Shown piece by piece: positions 25,033-38,477 of a DNA stretch of 64,000 nucleotides (the stretch's first letter is position 1; every line of letters begins with the position of its first letter). The stretch spans positions 42,968,001 through 43,032,000 of the forward strand of contig CM052816.1 of assembly GCA_028534125.1 (NCBI GenBank). The letters are read 5' to 3'. The position numbers were made by a program, and so were the translations under genes. The notes under the pieces are model-generated. The model saw nothing but the letters and a program-made list of their open reading frames with translations. It was not told where the DNA came from and ran no database searches. Origin of the DNA: Lama glama. Its lineage: Eukaryota.

Positions 25033-26269
25033 TAGACTTAATTTTTAAATCCACATGGATTTGTTTCATTCATTGTTTTCATTTCAGCAACCGTCAACAT
25101 TGTCTTTGTGTTGCTATGTTGAACTATAACATGGTTCCAGCTAATTATGGAAAAAGTACTGTCCTGCACTTAAAAACATGACAGAGCTTACTGGCAGAAA
25201 GGAGATTTTTGAAGAAAAACAGGTCAAGTCTCAACTGTGTGAAATCAGTCAATGAAGGACAAGGATAGTTAGTTCTTTTTGATCTGAGGTGTTGGTCATC
25301 CTATGAAGCAAAAGGCTGAGATGCAGCCAGAGAGGGACCTGGGAGAAAAGTTACCCTTGAGCCCAGCAGGAAGAATTATGTTCCTGTTTCCATACGGATC
25401 ATCTGTTTCCATACCTAGTAATTCTGGCATCAAGGACTTGGAGAGGCTAACATTTTGGTAAAAAACTGTTCCATATCTCATTATATTAATTTGTTCATCA
25501 ATGTTCAAGTATCTACTCTGATTTTGAACTTATAAAGTGATCATTGGTATAAGGTGTCTGCTTTCTGACTAAACTCTTACAGTTAGAAAGAGAGCTTGTA
25601 GAGCATTCTGGGTGTTTGGAGGAAAGACCATTCCTCCCCAGAAGGGGTCAAGAGTGAGACTCAGGGATTCAGAATAAGCCAACCCCTTCCCACACCTCCA
25701 GACCTCCATCAGCAGGGATGATGATGGGGCCCCACCTTCTTTCCACCTCCCTTGCTCTCTGTTTTTCTTCTACCTCCTCCACACTCCCAGGCCTCCCATA
25801 CTCTGCCTTGTGACTTGTAGACTGTGTGTAACAGAATCACATTGGGGCTTGTTCCAAATGTAGAGTCCTGGCCACTCTCAGGATCACTGACTGGAATTTC
25901 TGAGGATAGGTTTCTGGAATCTGCATTTTTACCAAGCTCCGCACGTGATTCTTACATACATAGAAGCTCGAAAACTACTGCTCCTAGAGTCTTAAACACA
26001 GAGAATCTCGATTTTTTTTTTACAAATGTGAAGTACTTTAAAGTTTGCAAAGCATTGGTATGTACTATCTCATTAGATTCCCTAGAAGAATCAAATGAGA
26101 CAGACAAGGTAGGTATAGACATTTTTATTTTATCAATGAGACAATGGGTATCTATAATATCCAATGTCCTGGACAAGCCATAGCTGAGCCAAGGAACTAG
26201 TTTTTCCTAACACAGTATGCTGCTCGCAGATAATATTGGCCCTGGAACAAAGAGATTTGTAGTTTAATC

Positions 26270-26500
26270 TTTCCCTTATTCTATCTCATTTATTCTCCCT
26301 AATAATCCTGTGAGGTGGATAAGGCAAATATTAAATCTCTTTGGCAGAAGAGAAAATTGAGACTAGAGAGTGAAAGTGAAACACCCAAACTCATAATACA
26401 GACCATGGCAGAATCTGGACTCAGACTAAGGATTTTCAAGTTCAAGTGCATCTGGACTCAGACTAAGGATTTTCAAGTTCAAGTGCTACTTCCTCTCTAC
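26270..26500 (-). mobile_element. MIR SINE carrying an internal 37-bp tandem duplication
   Basis: tctcatttattctccctaataatcctgtgaggt...agagaaaattgagact core. Confidence 0.7.
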
Positions 26501-27114
26501 CTTTCATTAGGAAGAAGTTTCAATGACGTAAATATTTTAAGATTTTTGATTGTTTAATATTTAATAAATATTGCTTATGACATCAAATGTTTCTTACATA
26601 TGTTTGGCTCTCTCACTAGTTTAGCAAATAAAATCTTGTCTTGATTGTGTCAAACTGTTTTTATAACTGAGCATCATGAAACATTTTTATGAAATAATTG
26701 CTTTAATAAGTGTTCTTTTAAGGTCATAGTAACTTTTGAAATACAGTCGCCGAATCTGGTTACCATTTTTCAGTTTTTATCCTCCTCTTCTCTTTGTAGC
26801 ACCTGACACTGTTGATCACTCTCTTCCTGAAAACTTCTGTCTTTGAAGTGGTGTGCCCAGTCCATCTGTCCTTTGCTGGCTTCTGTTTTTCCTACTACAC
26901 CCAAGATGTGTCTGTAGTTGCCTTCCTTTTGCTCTCATGAATTTCCCCCAGTAATACATACATTTCCACAACCTCAGCTATTAGAATTATTCTGATGACT
27001 CTCAAACAAATCTCTTTAAATCAAATTAAATAACTTTCCCCCTAAGCTTCAGATCTACTCAGAATTTTGAATGTACTTAATATTTCTTGAATTAAATTTC
27101 TGCTTGCTAAACAT

Positions 27115-28500
27115 CTCATTTATTCACTGGATATGTACTGAGTACCTACCACGTGTCAGGCTATGTCCTAGGTGCTTGGGATACATCAATGAATAAAACA
27201 AAGTTACTGGCCCTCATGGGTCTTAATTTTTAGTGGCAGGAGATAGGCAAGAAACATAGAAAATATAAAAATCAGACTCTACCTGAGAAGCATTATAAAA
27301 ACAAGAGAGATTAGCAAGGATAGTGATGGGAGTACTGGCTGCTCTTCTCTAGGGTGGTCAGTGTTGGCCTTGCTGAGAAGAAACATTTGTGAATGTGTTC
27401 AAGGATGTGAGGGAGTTAGCTCTGCAAATTTCTAGGGGAAATGCATTTTGGGCAGAGGAATAGCCATTGCAAAGACCTTAAGGCACATGTGTGCCTGGTA
27501 TATTCAAGAAAAGTGGTAGGAGAGGAGGTCAGAGGGGAAATGAGAAGTGAGATGGTGCAGGGTCTTGTCAGCCCTTGAAAGGACTTTGGCTTTTATCCTT
27601 TGTGAAATGGGAAACTATTGGAGAGTTTTAGGCAGAGAATGACATGGTATGTTTTACATGTTTAAAGGATGATTCTGGCTATTGTACTGAGAATAGGCTA
27701 TTGGGTGGTAAGGCCAATTGTGAAGCTACTGTGGTAATCTGGGCAAAGCCTGGACCAGAATGATAGGACTAGAGGGGATAAGGTGGGCAGGTTGTGGATA
27801 TATTTTAAAGATGGAGTCCTTAGAATTTCCTGATGTATTAGATATGCTTAGCCTGAACAACTAGAAGAGCGGACATGCCATCAGTTGAGACTGGGAAGGC
27901 GGAAGGTAAAACAGATTTGATGGGAGAAGGTCAGATCAGTTTTGGACGTGTTATATTTGAGGCATCTATTTGATGATGTTTAGGTGGAGATGCTGGATTA
28001 CAGGAGTTATCTGGGATTCAGGAGTGATACTGGGTTGGAAAAGTAAATGTGACCATTAGTGGCAAATTGATATTTAAAGCTATGACTCTGGATGAGGTCA
28101 CCGAGAGGGTGAGAGTGGATGGGGAAGACAAAAGGATCAAGGACTGAGTTGAGCCCTGGGGCACTGCACCAATACACGTTTGGGGAGAAGAGGAAGGACC
28201 AGTGATGGAGACTGAGAAGTTTATCTGTGAAGTAGGAGAAAAAGCAAGAGAGAGTAAATTCTTAGAGAGCAAGTGAAAAAAGAATTATCAGAGAGGAGAG
28301 AGAGTACAGCTGCATCAAATGTTGCTGATAATTTAAGATGCGAGTGGAGAATTGATTATTGAATTTAACGTTGAGGCAGCCATTGGTGACCTTCATGTGC
28401 ACAGTTTTGGTACAACAGCAGGGATGAAAGCCTGAGCTGAGTGAGTGAACAAGACATAGTGGGGTGACAAAAATTAGATACAATGAATATGAACAAAATT
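27115..28500 (-). mobile_element. L2 LINE 3' portion (~1.4 kb)
   Basis: catttattcact...tactgagtacctaccacgtgtcaggc...ggactttggcttttat...ctggatgaggtcacc...cattggtgacctt. Confidence 0.85.
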
Positions 28501-29272
28501 TTTCAATTGATTCAGACTCAAAGTGTCTAAAATTGAACTGTCATTCTCCTCCTAAATGAATTCTTGCTCTAGGGTATTTTATATCTATTGGTGGCAACAC
28601 CATCCTCTCAATAACTCATGGGCAAAGCCAGGGAGTCATCTTTTACTCATTTCTCTTTCTTGTTCCCTATCATTAATCCACTAGCAAGTCCTGTCAGTTT
28701 TACTCAAGAAGGTAGCAAGGTACATGAGAAAGAATATGCACTTTCAAATCACACACACCAAGTCAGCAATCTGTTTAATCTCCCTTAGCTTTAGTCAAGA
28801 AGGGTAATGTAACTTACCTCCTAGGATTCTTGTGAGGATTACAAATGCTCATATATAAAGCATCTAGAACAAAATATCTCAGTCTGTGTTTCTCTCCTAT
28901 GGACCACCTGCCACAGGTTTCAAGATTTCTTCCTTCTCATCACAACCTTAGCCCAAGGCTCCGAGGACCTTGTTACTTAGCCTCTCGCCAGTGGGATCCA
29001 TAGCTGTTCACCCAGCCTCTAGTTTGCGATTGTCTGATACCCTCTTAGAGGGATCTCTCTAAAGCACAGCTCTAAACCATTTCACTTCTATGCCTAAAAA
29101 AATCTTTAAGTGACTCTCCCTTACTAGAATAAAGTCCAACATACTTTACAAATAAAGTATGGTAATATCCTGCTCCTATATAATATAGAGCACCCCCCTT
29201 CACCCTGCAGTGTTTTCCAGAGTGATATTTGCCAGGATAAACTAGACCATTAGCTGATTCTTGTGTACGATC

Positions 29273-29350
29273 TTATTTTATTTTATTTTATTTTATTTTA
29301 TTTTATTTTATTTATTTTATTTTATTTTATTTTATTTTATTTTATTTTAT
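29273..29350. repeat. (TTTTA)n pentanucleotide microsatellite
   Basis: About 15 units seen directly. Confidence 0.95.
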
Positions 29351-30501
29351 TGTATTTTACTATTGTGCTTTTACTTATGCTCTTCCCTCCCTTTGGCGTT
29401 CGTGCCCCTTCCCTGTCAGACAAAGTCCTATCCATTTTTCAAGGCTTAGCTTGAATGTTATGTTGGTCACAGAAACTTCCTGACCCATTTCACCTCCCCC
29501 ATCTACCAGATGAAAGTTTTCTCTCTCCTCTATTCCTAAAGCATCTTTTATTCCTTTTAAAGGAATCATTCTTTATTATTTACTGATTATTTACACTCCC
29601 TTTCCAGAATATATGTTCTGCCAGAGCAAAGATCAGGCATGATTCATCTTTGTACCCACTAAGCACCTAGGAAAGTTCTCTGTACCCTGGAAGTGCTCAT
29701 AATGTTGTATGCTGAATTGAATTATTGGGTCCTTTTATTACATTTTGGGCTTTAAAATTGAAGTTATTGTTTTTAAAGTTACCCTTGTCAATCTATTTTC
29801 TTAGTTATTCAATTTATCATCAGAGAGAATAAATCACAGAATAATCCCAAAATACCAAAAAGCCAAAATGTCTTGGCTGAAATAAAAGTGATCCCTCTTC
29901 ACCACGTCTACCATATTAAAATAGCAAAATCACCTCTAATTCAAGCTGACCAAGTGATTTCCAAACTGAAGAGCCTTTTCAATCTTTATATATGAGTAAT
30001 CTGGGTAGAAATGTAATTATTTGGATTGTTCTCAATGGGTTCAATATAAGTATTATCTATTCTTTCTTCTCTTTTATCTCCTTCTTACTGATTACATCTC
30101 TTTTCATCTCAATTTAGTTGAGCAAACCAATGAAAAATAGTTGCTTTGAAACTGTTTTCACAGCATCATAATTAAAGATTGTTAAAATACATTTAAAAAT
30201 AAATATTTAAAAACCTGAGTCAGGTTAGTCCATATTTGAATGAAATTATGAAATACCAATTCTATCATCTTTCATTTACAGATTAAAGCTGGGAATTCCA
30301 GGATATGAGCCTGGCAGTAACTAGCAAATCCAGACACATCCCAAGAGCTTTTTTGTAATGACATATGCCAATTTGACGTATTAAAACTATCATTTGTTCA
30401 CAGGATTGCTGACAAATCATTCAAATAAAATAATATTTATATCCTCGTTGATTCTGAGAAGGGAGCAGTATCCTTTCATGCAATTAATATATGTATTGAT
30501 A

Positions 30502-30850
30502 TCTTATGGACTGAATATGTCCTTCCTCAAATTTATATGTTGAAGCCTTGACCCCTACTGTGATGGTATTTGGGGGCGGGCCTTTGGGAGATATTTAGTT
30601 TCAGATGAGGTCTTGAGGGTGAGGTCATCATGATGGGATTAGTGTCTTTATAAGAAGAGAGACCAGAAGGCTCTCTATGCCATGTGATGACACAGCAAGA
30701 AGGTGGCCATCTGCAAACCAGGAAGAGAGCTCTTTTCAGGAACAAAATCTATGAACACCTCAGTCCTGAACTTCCCAGCCTCCAGAACTGTAAGAAATAA
30801 ATTTCTCTCTCTATGGTGTTTTGTTACAGCAGTCTGAGGTGAATAAGACA
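30502..30850 (+). mobile_element. MLT1A-like MaLR solo LTR
   Basis: tatggactgaat...tatgttgaagcc...gatgggattagtgtctttataagaagag...ccagcctccagaactgtaagaaataaattt...taagaca. Confidence 0.9.
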
Positions 30851-30934
30851 GTATCTCTATCATTTGTTTTCCAAAGGTAGTTTTGTTGTCTGTTTCCACT
30901 AAAAAGCCAGGCTAGTGAACCTACACATTTTACA

Positions 30935-31110
30935 TTCAGCCAGTATTTTCTGAGTGCTTATTATGTTCCAGGCACTAGCTAAATACTTTCACATGCATAA
31001 CCTGTTTTAATTTTCATGATAGTCTAGGAGGTGGGCATTGCTATTCCCATTTTACAGATGGGGAAACTAAAGTCCAGCTAGATTAAGTGATAGAACTGGG
31101 ATTGTTGGCT
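30935..31110 (-). mobile_element. MIR SINE
   Basis: ctattcccattttacagatggggaaactaaag. Confidence 0.8.
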
Positions 31111-31861
31111 CCAAAAGAGCAGGGTCTATTCTGTCTCATAAATTGCTAGAAATCTAGTGGTTAGCACAGAGGCACTAGTATCTCAGTAAATATGCGTTTG
31201 ACAAATTATTGAGAGTAAGTAAGGAATAAAGCTGAATTCAAACACAGGTCTACTAATGCCCACAATTATGTCCCATATTAATATATAGTTAATATTAAGT
31301 TGGTATTAATTAATATCAATATATTATGTGTCCTATATTAAATTCATTCTTTATTATAAATAGTAAGCCTTTTCCATACTCTCTTAAAATTTTAACCAAT
31401 TTTTAAAAAAAATTTTTTTTTAAATAAAGCTAACAAATGACTAAAGTTCTGACAGCTCAAAACTGTGGATGATATGAGAAGTCCTCTGTGCTCCATACCA
31501 GAAGTAAGCACTATTAAGAGTTAGGTATGTTTCCCTCCAGATGCTCTAAGTTCACACATGGGATGTATATATATCTATGTATAGTTTTCTTTAAATGCCA
31601 AAAATAACATTCTCATGCTGTTCTGTAATTTTATTTTAAATTTAAATATATATCATAGTTATTTTTCTCATTTTGCAGCTTTACTTTGTTTTAATAGCTG
31701 TGTGGTGTTCCTCGGTCTTTATACATTTCTATTTAATGAGACCCCTACTGATGAATATTTAGATTCTTCCAAATTTTACTATTATAAACATGCTGTAAAA
31801 AATATACATCTTTGAGCATTATTGACAGTATATCGGTGGACAAATTCTTAGAGAGTCTTAT

Positions 31862-32201
31862 TGTTGGAGGAGGTCATAGAGAGGACACGAAGGCTGGTTG
31901 ATGTAAGGGGGGCAGATCCCTGTCCTTGGAATGTATTTTCTGCCTGCTACTCCCATACTAGCAGCTCTTTCAAGGCACTGCCTGGAGAAAGTGAGGTGTT
32001 GTTTAGACCAGCTGAACTGAATCCATGACTGAACCCACTTAAAGCCTCTATATAAACTGTTAAGATTCTGGTTGGGGTGGGTGCAGCGATCTACTGGCAG
32101 CTACCCAAGGAAAGCCTCCTTCCTAAGTTCCCTTGTTTATTAAGCCTATGTGGTCAGTTTCAGATTTCACCCAGGGAACGCCCTAAGGTTGCAATCCAAC
32201 A
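31862..32201 (+). mobile_element. ERV solo LTR (family not identified)
   Basis: 7-bp inverted termini TGTTGGA...TCCAACA, internal TATATAAA (~32049), interrupts L1 sequence. Confidence 0.7.
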
Positions 32202-32594
32202 CCAACTGAATCAAATGGTAAGCATTCTCACTCAGCATTTTGATATATATTGCCAAATTACTTTAACAAATGTGTTCCTGTCTCTATTTCTGCTGATAAT
32301 GTGTGAAAGTTTCTTTTCTAAAAAAATGACACATATGAACACTGCATATAGTTCATGTAAATTATCTTTTCCAATATTATAGGTTAGAAATGTGGTGTGA
32401 AAAGAATTTGGATTTACTTAATCATTGATGAAGTTATTGTTGACCATCTGTACTCATTTATCTCTGTGTAATGTGTTCTCTATTCATAAATTTCTGCTCA
32501 TTGTCTACCGAGTTGTTGGAGTTTTAGTATTGATTAGTAAATTCTTTTTGAATGTTAATAAGTTTGTCTTTTGCCTCCCATGTATTATTTTTCT

Positions 32595-32722
32595 TTTGCT
32601 TTTAATACATTCTATTTTTATTTATTTATTTATTATAATTTTTTAATGGCGATACTGGGGATTGAACCTGGAAACTCGTGCATGCTAAGCATGTGCTATA
32701 CTACTAAGCTATACTCACCCCT
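32595..32722 (-). mobile_element. Camelid tRNA-derived SINE (Vic-type) with 16-bp TSD
   Basis: tactggggattgaacctgg...gtgcatgctaagcatgtgc...agctatac; TSD catgtattatttttct at 32579-32594 and 32725-32740. Confidence 0.9.
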
Positions 32723-35421
32723 GTCATGTATTATTTTTCTGTGAGAATTTTTATTGAGTGGATAAGTTTAATTTTCATTTGACTAGGCTTATCAGTCTTT
32801 TTTATTTCCCACTGGTTTCAAGATTTCCTATTGTAATGAGAAAGACCTCCCTAATTCAAAGATTTTTTAAAAAATCATTCATGTTTTCTATAGTTTTGTA
32901 TCTTTGTTAATTTTTTTGGTTAATGCATTTACTGAACCGATATTTATTGTACACCTACTGTGTGTCAGGCATCATACATTAGTGAACAAAACAGACAAAA
33001 ATGTTTGGGTCCATGGAATGACTGATCTACTGGGGTTATTCTTTTAATATATTCAGCTTGATTTGCTATAATATTGTTAATTATTTTAGCATCAGATTAA
33101 TAGTTGAGCTATTTGAAATTTACTTTGGTGAAAGGAATAAGGTAGGAATCCATCTTTGTTATGTTTTTCTCCAGAAGATTAGCTATATATCTCAACTGAA
33201 TATTTGATATTTTACTATTGATTTTCGAGTAGCACCTTTATGAAAAACTAAATACCTGTAGGTACTTGGGTTTATTTCTAGACTCTGTTTTGAACACTGA
33301 TCAGTTGTGGCTGTTCCTGAACCAGTGTTGTAATTTTAAAATTACTGTAGCTTTATAATGAATTTTGTTTTCTGAAGTGACTCATTTCCCCTTAAAACTC
33401 TTCTTTGACAGATTTATTTTTCTTGACTCTTATTGACATGTTTATTTTTCCAAATGACCTTTATAACTATTTAGTCATGTTTTAAAAATTCAGTTTTAGA
33501 TTGAGATCACATTGGTTTTATGGATTCATTTAAATAGGAATAATTGCTATTCAATATTGAATCTCCTCACCCAGGTTTTTCCTTTATTCAAGTCTTCTTT
33601 TGTGTCCTATAATAGAGTTTTAAAGCTTTCTTCATATAGCTCTTGGTTTTATCTTATTTTGTTCACTTGGTTTTTATTTTTTGGTTATTATTTTTAACAA
33701 ATATTATTTTCCCTATTTTATAATCCCTTTTTGTAGAAAGGAAAATCATCAAAGTAGATTAGTTTTGTAACTTACTCCTTTACTGGCTTTTCTTCTTGTT
33801 TTAATTTTTTTCCTTCAGTTTTTCAAGTACCCAATGATGTCATCTAGAAATAATGAAAAATTTGCCTCATACTTTCCAGCATGTATTATACATCTTATTT
33901 CATTTTCTACTTGAATGCATTGGCTCACTCTTGTAAAACACTTATAAGTAACCATGCCCTTATTTGGAATCTTTGCCTTGTTCTTGACTTACACAGGATT
34001 ATTACACCTCTATTATTGCTTTGCTGTAAAGGATATTGCTGGCTTTGGGGTTTATACATATATTATTACATCACTTTAAAAATTATCCACCTCTTACTGT
34101 TAACTAAGATTTTTAAATTAGGAGAGAATGTTGAATTTTGTTACATATCTTCTAAGTATTATTTGATCTCATTTGACCAATAACAGGGCCTACTATTTTT
34201 AATAAATTCCCTATTATTCCACTGTGAAGATGAATCTAAACAAGTTTTGGTGTGTTATTTTTTAAATACTACTGATTTCTACTTATGAATTTATTTATAA
34301 ATGTAAATATGCCATCATAACAGAAATATCAACTTACAACTTGCTTTTTTGGACTCAGCAATGTTTTGGTGATCTTTCTTATGTAAACATATGGATCTAT
34401 CCCTTTCTTTTCATTTGCTGCATAGAATTTTATAGTGTGTGTAAATCATAACTTATATAACCATTACTGTGTGGAAGGGTATTCAAATTTTTCTGCTCCT
34501 TTTCTTTGGCTATTACTAACCAATATAGCTATTTCTAACAATGCTGCACTACAGTTCTGATACATATCTCCTAATCTATGTGCAGAGATTAGGAGGTGGG
34601 AAGATGCCTAGAAATGGAAATTCCAGAGTTATCAATTATGTGCATTTAAATAAATATTGCAAATTGACCTCTGAAGTGGCTGTAGCAATTTACATTGCCA
34701 TTAGTAATGACTGTGATATTTATTCCCATATGCATGCCAAAGCTGACACACTTAAGCAATTTTATATTTTACTGATCTCTGTAATAAAATTTAAAAAAAT
34801 TTTGTCTTAGTAGAGTTTAAATTCACATTTTTCTATTGTGAAATTCCTATTCATGTTCTTTGCCTATTTCTCTCTTGGGTTGTTTGGTTTTTTTTAAATT
34901 TATTTAAGGAGTTCTTTAAAATTTGTGCATGTTAATCTCTTGCCTGTTATATATTTTACAAATGTTTCCCACATTTGATTTTTTACCTTTCATTTTGTTT
35001 ATGATGTCCTTTGTTGTAAATATTACATGTTACGTAGCCTATGAAAAACTCCACTGGACACTTGAGGGAGACAGAGAGTGAAAAGGCACAGACGTCTCAG
35101 AATTTTGGGGAAAATAACTTTGGCCTGAAAGGATCTCAGTTCTCCTTAACCCATTCTGGGAGTCATTGCTCTAAACCTTGGCACACATTTGAAAATAATT
35201 GTTTATTACTTTTATATCAAAGTTTCCTTATTTGAATGTGCCATATACTTCCTGCTATAACCCTCTCTGGTAAGCCTATCTTGTCTGGGTATCAAAGCCA
35301 ATCCAAGGGGATGGAGGAAAGGCAGTGGAGACAGAGCGAGAAAGAGAAAGTGCAGGAGAGAAGAGCAAGAGTTCCAACTATTTACACCCAAAGGACCGAG
35401 CTGTTGCAAACCAATTTAGAA

Positions 35422-35455
35422 TGCAGCCACATTCACAAATACTAGATGGCGCTCT
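35422..35455 (+). promoter_or_regulatory. Candidate CTCF site
   Basis: Core ATACTAGATGGCGCT versus consensus CCASYAGRKGGCRSY, with TGCAG 17 bp upstream. Confidence 0.5.
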
Positions 35456-37441
35456 GTAGCTGATGGGAGGAGGCTCTGACATTCAGCTTCTTATTTCGCG
35501 TTGTGGATACTGAGTTCAGAGTCAGCAGGCCTAGAGGTACTCCCAACAAAGGCTTAGTATCGGTAATTGAGCCTGGGCTGGAGAAGGGGAAATGGCAGAT
35601 AGATGCCAGGGGCCCCAGCCAGTGGGAACCAAGGGCAGGTTGAGTCATCTGGGAGCTTCTCTGGGCTCTGATTAAGGTGGGAGAGACCAGATTGTGTAAG
35701 CTCAGACTTGCCTATGAATGTTAGTAGGCAAACCCGGTGGACAGGGGGCATCTCCCTCAGAGCAGAAGGAGCAGCTGACATTGCCTTTAGGTCCTTGTTT
35801 TCCCGAGGATGTGAAAATCACATCCATTCTACATCCACCCAGTTACCTTGTTAGGAAGAGAGGGAAGGGAAGTCTCCCTGAGAGGCAAACAGTTTGTTCC
35901 AAGAAGACTAGACTTTTTCTAAAGGGATTGTCTAAATGATTAAATCTTGATGATTATTAAAATTCGGTTGGATGTTTTGTTATTTTTTTTTCTCCATTAA
36001 CCTCTGGTTGAGTGGCATTACTCTAAAGGAAAACCAGATTCATTACAGAAAACATAAAAGAATTATATTTTTCTTCTTGCCCACACACAAGTTAGTGGGA
36101 CTGATTTTTGATCCCAAAGCACCACTATCTGCAATGAGAAACTGTTCCTGCAGGTCCCTGGCCCTCTTGCCATTTAGCCAATCTCACTAATGCTCAGAGA
36201 TCCTATTTGTAGAGGACAGCTCCCGTAAATGATGAATGCCATTTTGTTTATTTTTGTCAGCAATTTTTCCACCTCAAGTTTGTTTTTTAACTCAATGTTG
36301 GAGGGGAAAGTACAAAGTTCCCAGGAGCTGCTGGCCAGCTTGAACCAAGTCTGTGCAATGCCAGAGCCAAAGTCTTCAGAGTTCAGTCTATTGTCTGATG
36401 TATCCTGACAGAGATAAACAATTCTTGATCTTGGAATGGTTACATTGTGGTGAGAACCAATCTGCTGAGTTGCAGAATTGTATGAGAAACAGATCCTAAC
36501 AAATACTAGGGGTGGTGGGGAGTAAGGATGGTTTAAACCTCAGATCCCCTGAAAGATATTACTACCTCTAATGACCTCACTGGTCCCACATTGACTTTAT
36601 ATGAGACCTGAGCCAAGTACCCTCATATCTTGGTTTCTTAGGTATTCAATCAAAGGGGGGAAATACATGTACTAGCTATATAATTACATGGCCAGAATTT
36701 AGAATTTCAGCTGTGGATGATGGCAGAAGTCAAGATTAAGAACACACATGGGGGATGGACTTACAGGCTACAAACCAGAGTCTGGGAAACCTATTTTAGC
36801 CAATAGAATTTCACTTAAGGTAATTTTCTTCATAAAAGACATTGTACTTGATTTTATTTTTCCAAGGATGTTTATAGACATTTAGTCCCTCCATCTTTCC
36901 TTCCATTTTCCAACTTCCCCTATGGGATTCGGAGAGAAGGTCATCTCAGAATAAAAGCGTACAAGAATTACCTCTACTTGGTTCTTGCTTGTGCATTTTC
37001 TAGGCAGGAAATTTTGAAACAGGTTTTGCCAGAAAGGCAGTTAAATTTTCAAGCCCTGGTTTGAAATCAATAATGTTTATTTCTTAAATAACCATTTTAT
37101 CTCACTTAGAGAAAAATGTGTGAATTAGGGGATTGGATTTGAAATAAATGAAAAACTGATGGAAAGCATCATGTTAGGAGAAAATAGGGGAGCAGTATGA
37201 GTCAAAAGGACCAGATTTAGAATAATACAGCAGAGGAAAGGTCTGCCCTGTTTAGCCAGTCTATCATTGTTTCTATCATTAATGAATATCCGTCTGTCTT
37301 AATTCTGTGACATTGGAATACTGAGCCAGTTCCTCTGGGTTTAATACCCCAGTATGAATGAGACAATCTGGGGAGATATAACCTTTCTTTTGGTCTTCAA
37401 TGAGGATGTGTCAATCAGGATGCTTTGAGCTCTAGGAAGCT

Positions 37442-37746
37442 TGTGGTAAGCAGGATTTTAAAGCTGTCCCCCCAGGATTCTTGTCCCAGTTATTCAATCA
37501 AATGCTAGTATAGGTACAGGGTGGAGGGACTGTGTAGACATGATTAAATTTTCTAATAACTGACCTTACTATAAGGACAGTATCCTGGGCTACCCAGGTG
37601 GGCCCAATGTGATCACAGGAGTCTTTGAAACTAGAAGATAGCAGAGGAGTGAGTAAGAGAGATGAGGCAGAGGTGGAGGTCTGGGAGATTGAAAGTGTAA
37701 GAAAGACTCAGTCTGTCATTGGCTTTGAAGACAAGGAGGGGGGCCA
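37442..37746 (+). mobile_element. MLT1E-like LTR fragment, followed by an older MLT1 fragment to ~38120
   Basis: tgtggtaagcaggatt...ttattcaatcaaa...caggtgggcccaatgtgatcacaggagtcttt...ggctttgaaga. Confidence 0.75.
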
Positions 37747-38477
37747 GATTATCAGCTGGACACACCACTACCCAGAATAAAGATTGTATGGCTAGCCATG
37801 GCCATGTGCCAGAGGCCTAACCCCTGGGATATGAGAAGAGTTGAGAAGTAACTTTAAAGAAAGGTGCATATTCTTCTTCACCCTTTTCCCCTGTTTGCTG
37901 GCTGGTAGGTGACTGTCATGGCTGGAGCTCCACTGATGATCTTGGAGCATGTGGTGACTTTAGGAGTGGTCCGCATGTGTGTGTGATAGAGCAACCAGAT
38001 AGAAGGAATCAGATAGAAGGCAGGACACTAGGTCTGGGAGATGACTTTCAGACTTCTTGAACATGCTTAATTAAGATTTAGGTGTTATCTGCAGTTGAAT
38101 CCAGTCCCCAGAAATACATACACCCTTATAGTTTCCAGGATTGGTTCTAGGTCTGAGAAATGGGGTAGAATGACTGTGATCAGTTGAGAATAATTTTCCA
38201 GGGTGTAACAGGGTGATATTGAGGAGTCCACTCTGTTATCTCCTCTAGAAGGTCAGTGGACCATATCAAGGAGGAAAATCGTAGATGAATGCTCTGGTTC
38301 TCAAGGGGTCTCACTTTTAAGGGATAGATTATGGGCTCTGGAATGAATTTTGTCTTTATAGTCTCCTATAAAAAAATTGTATGATCCAAAGGAATCTTGC
38401 TGGAGGACATTACTTTTATTCTCATAGAGTGATCAAGTTGGGAACCTCATTGGGTAGAGATTGAAATGTCTATATAA

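Larger units (their letters stand above)
26780..29725 (+). mobile_element. Fragmented L2 LINE interrupted by an opposite-strand L2, a MIR and a microsatellite
   Basis: Pyrimidine-rich L2 pieces at 26780-27060, 28510-28710 and 28870-29725, ending ...gtgctcataatgttgtatgctgaattgaa. Confidence 0.6.
31420..35020 (-). mobile_element. Highly decayed L1ME-like fragments hosting younger insertions
   Basis: T-rich antisense L1 motifs (tagcacctttat, ttactgtagctttataa, caatgatgtcatctagaaataatga, tatcaattatgtgc). Confidence 0.55.

Noticed and set aside
26413..26486. 37-bp direct repeat as a CRISPR-like array
   Set aside because: Only two adjacent copies, no spacers, mammalian context.
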